A stretch of 64,000 nucleotides of DNA. Origin: Eledone cirrhosa. Taxonomy: Eukaryota. Positions 23,651 to 36,714 of the stretch are shown here, piece by piece. Position 1 is the first letter of the stretch. Each line of letters opens with the position of its first letter. The position numbers and the translations under genes are program-made. The stretch lies in assembly GCA_964016885.1 (NCBI GenBank), contig OZ024747.1, positions 88,970,001-89,034,000 of the forward strand, read 5' to 3'. The notes beneath the pieces were generated by a model. It worked only from the letters and a program-made list of their open reading frames with translations. It was not told the DNA's origin and did not search any database.

Positions 23651-26600
23651 CCTTCTCTAAGTATGTTAAATTCATCCCTATGAAGTAATTGATAGAATTT
23701 ACAAATCTAATACATTTATTTTTCCACCAACCACAAATTGTGGCAATTAAATAATTTTTGCAGCAAATCCCAGAATAAAAATTGAATTATATCTTTAAAA
23801 TTAGATGCTTTCTTTGAATAGTTTTAATTCCATCAGTTGCAGCTTGACAAAATGCTTCCAAGAAGTTATAAATGAATTTTCTGTAGAGATATGAATTCAT
23901 TCACAAATTTGGTATTCTGGGTGCACACTGCCATGGTTAATAAAACTTGCCCAACATGCCATGCAGTGGTATTGAACAGGGAACCTAATGGTTGTAAAGT
24001 TAACTTCTTAATTATTCAGCTATCTGATTCATAATAAGTTGCATCAACACACACAAACACTCTCCATAGATAAGGAAGACATAGCTGCTAATTAATATCA
24101 AGGGCATTTTGAGAAAAAAAAAGATAAGAGTGGTGTATGTTGCAACTGCAATATAATAGAAACTGCAAACATAATATATAAAACTTTCCCTTAACTCTTT
24201 AGCATTTATATTACTCTATATTATATTTTCATGATAAAGGCTTTATCTCACATAATATCAAATCTATGAGATTCTGATATTTATTAGGGCAGTGAATTAG
24301 CAGTATCGGTAGAGTGTCAGACACTATGCTTTGCAGCATAGAGTTATTGCCTTTTATGTTCTGAGTTCAAATCCTGCTGAGGTTAGCTTTGCCTTTCATC
24401 TTTATGGGGTCAATAAAATAAAGCCACCCCACCTCAAGGAGTTCCTTCCTCAGATGGGCTGCTGATGCTCCAATTTTGCAGAGGAGCTTGGCAGTACAGG
24501 GTCCAAGGATGCCTGAGGTCTTGACGGTGACCGGTGCAAAGAGAAAACAAATGGACAAGCCCCGATATTTGTTTCTTTATGATTTATTTGACTGAAAACA
24601 TATATTTAAAACTCATATATCACACAAAAAATTTCTTCAAAAGCATATTAATTAATAAAAACTGATATTCAACCTGAGAAATGTAAATATTCTTCTATAT
24701 AAAAACTTGAGCGACTTCCGTCCATCCAATCTATGAGATTTTTATATTATCTATTTTGAGAACAATACCTTGACATAAGTATGAGCAGCTAGTTATAACT
24801 GGTTTGAATAGAAAGAGGTGAGATATGGCTGGATATGGCTGGTTTAAATGCTAAAGTGTTAACAATGAGAAAGTTAAATGTTTTTCTAAATCCCTTCAAA
24901 TTCATGATTATTTTCAAAATTATTAGAAAATCACTGGCAGGATTTTCCATTAGAAATCTGAAAACCTCCTCTGTTATGGCTTACAGGACAATGATAAATA
25001 GAACTGTGTTGGGGTGGGATGGTTATGGTGAGTATTTAGCACCGATTGACCCCTACCTACAAGCTAAATTCTGTTATGTGAATGGCAGTGCAGTAAGTAC
25101 GAAAGTGAGTGAGCAGCAAGGGAGAGGGTTGGATAAATACAATGCCAACCACAGTTATATATGTGCAGTGTGATACAGTGGATATGGGGAACAGTGAGAG
25201 AATGGGTGGGAAAGGAGTGGTGGAGAATTAAGAGGGAGATATTATAGCTCCCAGTCTACAATAGCATTGCCATTTTAATGTTTCTTTTTGCCATGTTTAT
25301 GTATGAAGGCAGGTCTTCTGAAGCACTAAATACAGTCAATCACACACACACACACTGTTAGTTATATCATAATTTAATCAACAAATTCAAGAAAGTTCTC
25401 CAGAAAGTTAACCAAGATTTTAAAAAAAACTTTCTACCGAAGTTAACAGAGGACTTATTAGATCTACATAGCAAAATTATAAAATTATTTGTAATAGAAT
25501 ACCAACGGCAAGTGAAGCCATTCTATAATATATACACACACACACGTGAGCCTCTGTGTGTGTGTGTGTGTGTATACTAGCAGAATACACAGGTTGAAAT
25601 CTCTTATGAGATGCAACCTTATAGGAAGCCAGGTAAAGCTACTTACGTGTGAGCTGTAACAACATTGTTGACCAGGTTACAAAGTAGTTATAGATATACC
25701 AGAATTGTTTTCAATCAAGGTATATTCAGTTATATAGAGCACTGGTGGATTTCTCTTGAAAGGTTAGTGTTCACGTGAAAAGATAATTTTTTTCCCCAAA
25801 AATGTTTATAGCACTCCAGTATCCAATGCATTATGCCAGTAAAAACTCAATCATTCTTATAGAGTAGCCAGGGGTAACCCACACATCCAAATACTAAACT
25901 AGCCAGTAGCAATACTTGAAACAAGAAATAAATGACATTAAGAATTGTGATGAATCCCGACTTTATGGCATTAGATGTCACGATTATAGCCTTAAGAATT
26001 CTGTATACCATCATCACAGCACCCCGGGATGCACAATGCTTCCAGTTTTACTAGTAGAATGAATAGATTGGGGAGTGGGCGAGGGAAAGGGGGCTTCCAA
26101 CTTTGAGCATCATACATAAAAATAGCCATAAGCAATGCAGGATTCCTGCTCAATTGTTTCTGCTGCCTTCAGAGTTCACTAGCAGAGAACGTTGTTAAGT
26201 GAAGGACATCGTTTCTATGATATTATTTATGAAAACATTATTAATTTTAAAGAAAAGCAACTTTAACTTACAGAGAAACTTGAGAAATGTCACTTTGAAA
26301 AGAAATGCAAAGGACATAAAAATAAGCATTGAAAGATTTGCAGATATGAGCATTGAATTCTGATTTGAGTTAGAGAAGATATCAATATATAAGCAAAGCA
26401 TACAGATAGACAATTAAGATTAACTAAAAAAAAATAGGAGATAGTGTAGGGAAGATAGAAAGAGTGTGAGAAAATAAAGACGAAGAATGAAAGAAGAAAA
26501 AACAGGGGAATGGAAGATGCTGTAATATTATGAGGCAGAGAGTGTCAGTGAGAGATGTTAAAATGACACTGTCATCGAGGTCAATAAAATAAAATAATTA

Positions 26601-27404
26601 CCAGTCAAGTACTGGTCAACAAACACAAAGTTAAAGAGAAACAATTAAAGAGATACTGAAAGATTAAGAGTTAGAGAGATAGGAATATAAACGGAAGTAA
26701 TGATGTGGTAATAATATGAGAGGGGGTGGGGGGTCAAGATAACGTAAAGAGGTAGAGCACATTGATTCAGCAATGTAGTGGTACATATAAAAGAACGGGA
26801 GTAATAGCTACATATGTTGTATTGTCTCATATGCATCTTTCCAGCAGCTTTTTCTAAGCCATCATGCAACCTGGGCTCAATATTAAGCAATAGCACCCCT
26901 ACGCACAAAATTGCATTGCAAACGGGGTGGCTGAAGAGGAAAAGTATGCTTTTGTTCATTCTTCTTACCTATTTCGTTTTTTTAATTTTATTTATGTGCA
27001 ACATTGCTATTTATACACACAAACACATAGAGGATAATGGAAGGAGATTGTTTTTGTATTAGAAACAATTCATTTTTGAAATCAGTATCAGTATTATGAG
27101 TTTTCTCTTTCTTATTAACTAACATGTGTAGGTTAAACAAGTTTTTGCGAACCTGTTTCAAAATAATTGTTCCAATGAAAACCCATCCCATCATGCAAAC
27201 ATGCAAAAATGGATGTGAAAGAGCAATCTGTAAATACACACACACACCCATATATTTATATATATATATAGAAGGACCGCGACAAGTGGAGAGATGCTGT
27301 GCTGAATAGGACCCATCCCACCCTTGCAAGCAGGGAAAAGCGGACGTAAAATGATGATGATAATGATATATATATATATTATACATATTTTTATATATAT
27401 ATAT

Positions 27405-27760
27405 ATATTAATTCAAAATATTAACAAAATAGATATTCTTGTGATCAATTATATTTTATTATACATATTTCAGAGGTACTGAGTTAAGTTCAACAGTACG
27501 TCCTCATCAGATAAAATAAAATGATACATGACATACCCTGACTTAGTAGATGGTTAAGATTCAGTCATGGTAGATCGTTAAGATTCAGTCACTACCATGA
27601 CTGAATCTTAACCATCTACTAAGTCAGGGTATGTCATGTATCATTTTATTTTATCTGATGAGGACGTACTGTTGAACTTAACTCAGTACCTCTGAAATAT
27701 GTATAATAAAATATAATTGATCACAAGAATATCTATTTTGTTAATATTTTGAATTAATAT
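27405..27760. repeat. Perfect inverted repeat, two 169-bp arms with an 18-nt spacer
   Basis: 27405-27573 is the reverse complement of 27592-27760; I found no mismatch by eye. Confidence 0.92.
27647..27713 (+). ncRNA. Type I hammerhead ribozyme, minimal stem III (mirror copy on minus strand at 27452-27518)
   Basis: TATTTTAT-CTGATGA-[ggacgtactg...cagtacctct]-GAAA-TATGTA-TA^ATAAAATA. 8-bp stem I, intact core, AUA triplet. Confidence 0.7.
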
Positions 27761-28009
27761 TAATAACTCTGGAAAACCTTTTCTGTTGAGTGCTTCCAAT
27801 CTATTGTAAAACTCATTCTTTGATGTATTCATTGAACCTTGTTTAACTCTTAAATATATATATATATAGGAACAAGTAAGACCCCGACGGCTGAGCTCAA
27901 GCCGTTTCGACGGCTAATTCTGTACTGTTCCTATTACCCACTCTACTACCCTAAGTATTGAGTACTTGGTGTGTTATGGTCCACCTGGTTCCTTACCACA
28001 TTTCCTTCG

Positions 28010-28053
<44 letters not shown>

Positions 28054-28147
28054 GTGTGTGTGTAGGAGGTGAATTTTATTGTAGAACAATAAAACTATGC
28101 ATATATAGGATAAGTAGCACTCAACAGTTTATTGAACTGGAGTATAT

Positions 28148-28742
28148 ATAAGAAGAAATCAAAAGATGGTTAAAAAAGTTCCACATATTTTATTATGCGC
28201 ATTTCAAAAACAAATATCATCCTGGGACGATAGTTGCGTTCTCATCAGATAAAATAAGGTAACATATGATGCCTAAAAAAAAACACTTGTTAACAAGAAA
28301 GTGTCCAGACAACATATGATAAAAAAATATAAAAGGAGAGAGATGATTGGAAAAAAGAAGGAAGAGGGAAAAGGAAAAAGAAGGAGAAGATAACGGAGGA
28401 AAAATTTAAGAAGGAAAGAGGAGAGAGCAAGAGAAAGGAGAGAGATAGAGATTTTTAAATGGAAACGCTGACAAAACTGAAAAACAGCTGTGAATAACGG
28501 CTAAAAAAATATATATACGGCTACGAAATAAATAATAAATTGATGAGTTTATGATTACAGATATAGAAACTAGGTATATTATTTATTTAGGGTTTATATA
28601 CTAAAAAAATTTATTAAGAGGTGTGAAAATGTATTATTAAAATAAAATAAAGTAAAATAACTATCGTCCCAGGATGATATTTGTTTTTGAAATGCGCATA
28701 ATAAAATATATGGAACTTTTTTAACCATCTTTTAATTTCTTC

Positions 28743-28746
<4 letters not shown>
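28148..28746. mobile_element. Penelope-like remnant with 88-bp inverted arms, embedded in (TA)n
   Basis: Arms differ at 2 of 88 positions by eye; contain the hammerhead; (TA)n on both sides. Confidence 0.6.
28186..28256 (-). ncRNA. Type I hammerhead ribozyme with palindromic stem III
   Basis: Minus strand reads TATTTTAT-CTGATGA-[stem II]-GAAA-TGCGCA-TA^ATAAAATA. Lies in the left arm of the inverted repeat 28148-28235 / 28659-28746. Confidence 0.72.
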
Positions 28747-28808
<62 letters not shown>

Positions 28809-29277
28809 GATCGAGTATCGAAAAATCGGCGCACGAGTTCACGATAAACGAAATTCGATATGAGCGGCAGAGGGCTCAATAATTCAGATGAATCAAACCT
28901 ACTCCAACCAGTAGGCATCTCTAACAAAATACACCCCGTCCCACCACCACCACCCCCACCCCATCCACACCACTCAGTTCTATGTAAAGTTATGTTGGTG
29001 CCGCGCCATAGGCCGAAACAAATGAGATCGTGTAGGTGTCACGACAAAAAAACACACAGTCCACGCTGTAATGTGGCCGTGTAGGCAACACGGTAAAAAC
29101 CTCCCAGACCCACACTGTAAATGTGGTTGGTGTTAGGAAGGGCATCCAACTGTAGAAAACCTGCCAGACAGTCCTATGCGAGCAAGACAATCACTCTTGC
29201 CTCAAGTGGGACTACCCCCGTCCAAACCCATGCAAGCGTGGAACACGGACGTTAAACGTTGATGATGATGATGATGA

Positions 29278-29321
<44 letters not shown>

Positions 29322-29448
29322 GCAAGTCTTATTGCTCTGGAGTTTCACCTGTTTATCACAGAGCCATCAAACTTCCATTTTCCACACACACATATATGTA
29401 TATATATATACATACACACAAATACATATGCACGTGTATGTATATATA

Positions 29449-29482
<34 letters not shown>

Positions 29483-29506
29483 CATACATACATACGTAGA
29501 TATTTT

Positions 29507-29612
29507 GATATTTATAGGCATTTTTATGGACCACATCCAATATTAGAGGTTTTTCACTCTTCACGGGTGCTCCAGGAATGTAACCCCATGAATACCGGGG
29601 GGACAACTGTAT
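29507..29612. mobile_element. End of a pogo/Tigger-like MITE (second copy at 31536-31643)
   Basis: Shared ~105-bp sequence ending ...ccgggggacaactg-TA, the reverse of a CAGTTGTCCCCCG-type TIR. Confidence 0.45.
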
Positions 29613-32600
29613 ATACTGATATATAAGATAAACTCCCTTTGTGTTGATAGTATTTTGACTTCAGCTTTTAACCCATAAGTCCCATGTTCCTTTCTGTAAA
29701 TACTGTTTCCAACTTCACTTGCAGTTGTGTTTAAATAAATTAATATATTTGGTTGAAATAATCAGTTCAACCGGTGTTTGTAATTCACCACTCCAAATTA
29801 ACTGACAATATATGCAGCATCTAATTGGCATTAGGATTACAGCCAGTCGATAGAGAACTGCATAAGGCTGCTATATATATATATATTCATGAGATTAGGT
29901 ATCATCTGAAGTGCATTTGTTTTGTAGCAGAATCAAATTCTGCTTAAGTAGTTGTTTTTGCTTTTGCCTGTGACATCATCAACAGATATATATATTTACA
30001 AATCTGATATTCACAAAAACTAGGTATTGATATGACCAAACAGCCATACTCAATCATTTGCTGCTGTGTATGTGTGTGGGCATGTTAGTACATGCTGTGA
30101 AATTCAAGCCTACAGCAAGGTTTGGTAGATAAATAGCATAGTTATCTTTTTGTTTTTTTTTTACAAAAAAAGCTATGACTTATCTATGAGTATACACAGT
30201 ATATAATTATTAATGCTCTAATGTCTATTTTTGAATGAACATGTCAGTTATATATCATCTTTTCTAAAAAATCCTTAGATCTGCTAAAATCTTGCCAGTT
30301 TTTTCTATTCTTCAAACTAACAGATGCACACTCAGATGATCTGTTTAACTCTTTAGCATTTAAACCAGCCGTATCTGACCAGAACTGTCTCAAATCTTTC
30401 TGTTCAAACCAGCTGTAACCAGCCACTCATACTGATGTTAAGGTATTGTTCTCAAAATAAATAATATCAAAATCTCATAGATTCGATATTTGAGATAAAG
30501 CCTTTACCACGAAAATACAACAGTATATATTGAGTAATGTAAATGATAAAGAGTTAATGCCCAGTCACTCTCATTGTTCACTTGTGTTTTGCCTCTCATG
30601 AAAATTAACATAATACCCCTATTAGGTCATGCTCCCATTTCTCTACAGCCCCTGTAGATCTCCCCCATTCAATACCTATGTCAGATTACCACATAGTTTT
30701 ACATATATGTACCTCAAAAACTCTGCCTTTCACTCAAAGAAAGAAAAACTTATTGCCTTCAGCAAAAAGCACCTCTCTGAACTTTTTCAAATCTTTTTCT
30801 ATTCTCTAGCATCTATAATCACCTTATAGTCTGCCTGTTTCCCAACAACTCTTATGTACCCAAATTTTGCATTATGTACATCATATAGAGTTTATGCCTA
30901 CTCCTTTTTTACATATCAAGCAAGGCCACTTCCTGATGAGATTGGTGCCCTAACTTCTTTCCCACTATCATCACAATATAGTATAAAGTAGATCACTTAG
31001 GTAAACAGAAGCTATCAACAAAGATAAGAGAGCTGTCTAAGCCATGTCATGGACTTCATTATATGCGTGCTTAACTACCCCAGTCTATCTACCACAGATA
31101 ACACTGCACATTTTGCTAGCACTGAACACACAATATTGAGTTCTTCATTCTGGAGGCCAGGCAGCACCCATAAACATTTCCAGGTTTTTGTAAACTAGCG
31201 GGAAGGAGAGGAGATGGTAGCCTCAAACTAGGATTGAGATGATTCTTCAGCTGTGTCAAGGGCACAACAACTGCTTAGTGGTTGGTGGCATAATAAAATA
31301 CACCAAGTACATTCTGTAAAATGTACGAACATATACAAGTGTCTTCCCCTGCCTCCAGTCCACAGTGAAGACAGTGTATCTGATTGAGTGCTGACTTGGT
31401 CTGTGATGACCTGTCTAACTTATTAAATGATGTTGAGGACAATGATATATACACTCAGTGTATTTTTTCACACTTGTTAATGCTAAATTATTAATAACAT
31501 TATACCATATTTGCCGGCCTATATTTTACGTTATGTTTTGACGTTTATAGGCATTTTTATGGACCACATCCAATATTCGCAGTATTTCACTCTTCACAGG
31601 TGCTCTGGGAACCTAACCCCCGCAAACACCGGGGGACAACTGTGTGTACACATACGCACATACACATACATTTCAGTTGCAAAGTTCATGGAGTAAGATT
31701 ATTTCTTTAAAGAACAACTCAATCTTATATTTCCTTCTGAGAGTGAACATATCTAACTTAGACAGGTTTGTTAAATTGTATCCTTGGACGTTTGCCATGT
31801 TTGGATGTTTCTTCAGTATTCTATTGTAGATTTTTAAAACAAATAAAAGGAAACAGAAATAACCAAACACTAGAAAATGTGTGTGTTTGTGAATATATAT
31901 ATACATATGTGTGTGTGTGTGTGTGTGCATGTCAGGTTGCCCTTCAGTGCTACTGGTAACATGTAACCCAGTACAACCTGTGAATGGTCGGGTCATCAAC
32001 GACTACAATGGCAATCCCACCAAGCTTGCTTGGTAAGGACAGTGATTTTGGACACTCACAGGATGAAAAAAAAATGTATACATATATATAATAATTATCA
32101 TCATCATTTTCGTTTAACGACAATTTTTCCACGCCGGGAGGCAAGTCTGGCCAGGGTTGGCCATGTGTCACACCTTACTCTGGCGAGGACTGTAAATTTG
32201 GCTGGGTATTTTACAGCTGGATGCCCTTCCTAACACCAACCACGTTCACAGTGTGGAACTGGATGGCTCCGTTATGAGGAGGGACAGGCCAGTTGGCTGC
32301 TCCAAACCTGTCTCACAACGGAATCATGTTTTCAGAGCCCAACCCATCACACAGTGAAACCATAGTTTGGGAGCCCGGTACTGGATGGCACCAATACGAG
32401 GAGCCTAAATCATCTCAGTGCAGCCACAATTTTGGGGCCCGGTACTGCGTGGCACTGCTATGAGTAGGGGTGGCCAGTCAGCCATGTGAAACCCATCAGA
32501 CGTTACCACAGTTTATATATATGCAGGCATGGCGAAGTGGTTATGGAATTCAGTTAGCAGCCACATGGTTTCAGGTTCAGTTCCAATGAGTGACTCCTTG

Positions 32601-33265
32601 GGCAAGTATCTTCTACTATAGCCTTGAGTTGACCAATGCTTTTTGAGCAATATTTACTACATGGCAATGAAACATGGGCCTTGACTGCAGAAGAACTGCA
32701 GAGGATACAAAAAAGTGAATTGAATATGCTCTGATGGATGTACAATGTTAGTGTGCATGAACAACATAGCATAAGTAAAGTGTTGGTATGGACATGTGAT
32801 GCATGTGGAAAATAGCAGCAGCATAAAAAAAAATGCAGCGAAACTCCTGTGGCTAGGACCCATGGGTGAGGCAGACCCAGGAAGACTTGGGACAAGGTTG
32901 TGAAGACTGATCTTAAAAAACTAAACCTAACAACAGAGAAGACAAAGAACCATGAGGACCTTTCAGTCTTTCTTGTACATTTGGATGAACATGAAGCCTT
33001 ATATAAGCGAGAAGCACCCCCAACACACACACCTTCGGCCTGTCTGTGAGATCAGTAGCCCTGCTTCAGTATTAACTTGGTCTATGTAGACCCATCCATC
33101 CCCTGCTAGCAGGGAAAGCAGATGTTACACGATGACAAGGATGATATATAGATAAGATGTTACTAATTAAGACAAGCATGACCATTATTCAACTTAATAT
33201 GCCATACTTAAGAAAAGTAGAGTGTAGATATGATAAAGTAGCTATGCCCTGTGGTCAAGCTTATG

Positions 33266-33316
<51 letters not shown>

Positions 33317-34140
33317 CTGTTTTAGAAAAGCCAATCATTTTAATGCAAGTTAAAAATAAAGGAGTGAAAACAAAAACCAAAAAACAGTTTACACTTTTAC
33401 ATTACATTTCAATGTTATGGGGTTAAAAATGGAGCATAATGGTGGCAAGTCTTATCTGTTTTGCACAGATATATGAGAAGTAGTAACATGTATAAACTGG
33501 TTTTATGCAGTTGCATCTATTATTAATGTAAAATGACGATAATGATATACACAGAATGTCTCATAAGCTGCACTTGATTTTAAACTTTGATGCAGTGTAT
33601 AAATAACAAAGCCAAAACTGTAAAACTTATATTTAACACAGAGAACAGGAATAGAATATTATATTTTAATCAAATAAGGTGTTGAGAATGTTCAGTCTTT
33701 TTTTTTTGTAACAACATGTATTAGATGAAGCATATATTTTCCACACCAGCAGTATTTCTATCAAGTGACAACTTTGAAATTTCATTTCAAATACTGCTTT
33801 CTTCATTTCTTCTAAAGTCATATTAGGCAAAAATGTTGATATGCTAGTTTTTGTTACTAAAATCACCGCTCCAGATAACCTTTAATATGATTCAAGATGG
33901 ATTGAAGTAGGGCACTTAACATAATCAGGCAGGTTCAAACTATTTTTTCAGTCTTTACAACTGCAACAATAGAATATTCTTGCAACAACTTGGCATGAAC
34001 ATTCTTCTTTGACAGCACTGTCAAAAGAATGTTCAGATCCGGTAAGTGCTGGATGTAAACAGCCATATAGTAATCATAGGAGAAATCATCATCATCATCA
34101 TTGTTTAACATCCATTTTTCATGCTAGCATGGGTAGGTCT

Positions 34141-34243
34141 AAAAATATGGAAAGCTTCGCAAATTTGCGTGTCATCCTTGCGCAGGGGCCATGCAAATCT
34201 TCTCTGTATCATTTCAATTTTAGAATAGAATATGTACTGCTGA
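34141..34243 (-). pseudogene. U6 snRNA retropseudogene
   Basis: Minus strand ...GATACAGAGAAGATTTGCATGGCCCCTGCGCAAGGATGACACGCAAATTTGCGAAGCTTTCCATATTTTT, including the ACAGAGA box. First ~9 nt missing, 5-nt insertion, several substitutions including the catalytic AGC changed to TGC. Confidence 0.93.
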
Positions 34244-36084
34244 GACTATCAATTTAGTATGTAGATTTTTTCAGCTTAAATTCTTAACCCTTTAGCATTC
34301 ACATTACTCTCTATATACTATTATATTTTCATGGTAAAGGCTTTACCTCACATAATTATCTCACATAATATCGAATCTATGAGATTTTGAAAGTATTTAT
34401 TTCGAGAACAATACCTTAACAACAGTTTGAGCGACCAGTTGCAGCCAGTTTGAACAGAAAGAGGTAAAGAATTCTGGCCGGTTTTGGCTGGTTTGAACAT
34501 TAAAGGGTTAAGTGATTTGTGTAAAATACTTCACTAAGATAACTTGTATTTATTTGTCCATTGGAAGGCTTCCATTTGATATTTCATTACCATATTTCGA
34601 ATATAAGACACTGTTTATAATTTTAAAATCATTATGAAAATACTCAAGTTATGGGGGATTTAGTAATATAACATACTTTCTCATTATTAAGCTCTTCCAT
34701 AAAATTATTTTGAGAACAATAACTTAACATCAGTATGAGTGGCTGGTTACAGCCGGTTAAAACAGAAAGAGGTGACAGAATTCAGGCTGGATAGGGTCGG
34801 TTTAAATGCTAAAGGGTTAAAAAGGCCAATTAACAACCATTACATCTAAATTCAACTTGTGACAAAAATTCAGATCATTGACAACTTAAAGAATAACAAG
34901 ACAAATAGCTAATTCAAATAGAAGTTGAGATGATTCTATTTGATAAGAATTCTAATTTTAGAATCTGTTGTCTGTATAACATTAATTACAGATGCCAAGG
35001 ATTGGGTGTATCATCCACATGTATCATTTTAAACTTCTTTGTCGGTCCTGTAATTATGTTTAAGTTAAAGAAATCTTTCATTATGTTCTCACTGCTCTTA
35101 ACTCTTAACATACTTTAATGATGGAGCAGAAAATATCTAAATACAGGTTTGTAAATTTAAATGTTTATAGTATATTTACTAGAGGTCAGATCATTGTGGA
35201 ACTTTTCAGAATTAGGGTAAAGGCTTTAATTTTTCATGCGAATCAGTCATAGCACTATTTTGAACTTTTTAAGAATGTCTTTCTACAGCAGTCTCATGTG
35301 GTAGAGGATGTTAAGAGTTAAACTTCTTGATTGCCAAGATAGCCAACTTGTTGCAGACACAGTAGAAGACAATGAATAAATATATATACTTTTAAAGAGG
35401 TTGTTGCCAAAAACTAATAAAGAAAACAAATTCAATAATTATCCCAAGCAAACAGAGAACACAGGAGATCTTACAGGAAAAAGACATCTGATAATATAAC
35501 TCTCCATATACAACATCAAAAATATAGTGCATATGACCTTCAAGTGTCATATTCTATCACTCAGACAACACATACTAAATAGTGAAGAGAGAAACATGTA
35601 GATCACATGTATAATCAACAGTGAAATGAAGAGCATCTTGAGCACAGAGGTACTCTGTGGCTACAACTGTTCCATATGATTGAAATGCAGCTGGACTATA
35701 CAAGCGGAAACTATCCTCTAGATCTCTGATACATCACATACCACCAAAAAAGATAGCATCATCATCATCTAACGTTTGTTTTCCCTGCTAGCGAAGATTG
35801 GGCTGGTCTTCATAGATTGAGTTAGCACTCATGTGGGGCTACTGACCCCTCAGATGGGCTGGGGACTTGCATATCACATACAGTCCCATGCTTTACTGAG
35901 TGCATTTTATCAAGGTACAAACACTAGGGAGATTGTTATGTCTGACACAGCTGAAGGGTCCTCTTTACCCTCTGTTTGGCAGAGGTTTTTTAATGGATGG
36001 CAGCCCTTCCTATCACCAACCCCTTTACAGAGTGTACTGGGTGCATTTATTGAGCAGATTGCCAACATTAAGAGGAGGAGGCTG

Positions 36085-36714
36085 CCTGATATGGCTTTGC
36101 TATTCAAGAATAAGAGATAACTACTAAATACCTGATCACTACATGAGATAAGGATGCCACCTATGTTGTGATAGGACATGTTGATTGTGCCACATTCACA
36201 ACATGAGCTGCCCAAAAAAGTCTGCAAAGTATTACTTTCCCATGAGACATAGTTATGAAAACTATTTACATCACTGTCTGCTGGTAGTATTGCTCTGATG
36301 GTCATTTTAAAGACATACCTAAAATAAGGAATACTTATGGAATATCCTAATAAAAACAGCAATTCAGTGCAAATATATAGTCCTATGGGAGAGGGAACAA
36401 AAGTCTTGCACTAGGGTAGAGCTCAGCTGCCCAATAGATGTGAATGTATCACTTAAGAGTGAGGACAATAATTCTATGGTCAATTAATACAGAATTTACA
36501 GTTCATGTATCCTGTCAATAGATTTGTGCTTGAACCTCTTATAATCTTAAGTGCACTGGGATATATAAGAACAGATTTGCATAAAAGCTTGGAAATGCTA
36601 GGATTTTCCAAGAATGGACAAAGCAAACTGATCCACATTCTCCAAATCCAATTGATTAATAGTACAGAGAAGATTTGCAAGACATTCCAAGGAATCCTCA
36701 TTTCAGTTTCTTGA
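36085..36714 (+). mobile_element. R4/Dong-type non-LTR retrotransposon 3' fragment (zinc knuckle plus restriction-like endonuclease), decayed
   Basis: YGFAIQE*EITTKY...C*LC...SCPKKSAKYYFPMRH...IVLWERE.KSCT.VELSCPID.N...YGQLIQNLQFMYP...PLIILSALGYI...LGFS...IQ...TEKICKTF. Confidence 0.75.

Noticed and set aside
23482-23706. Apparent minus-strand host exon (ag...G|gtatgt)
   Set aside because: Protein similarity to Transib continues past the putative donor into the MIDGK/CxxC block, so a transposase remnant explains it better.
34141-34243. Functional U6 snRNA gene
   Set aside because: 5' end missing, AGC triad mutated, internal insertion, and fused to an RTE tail.
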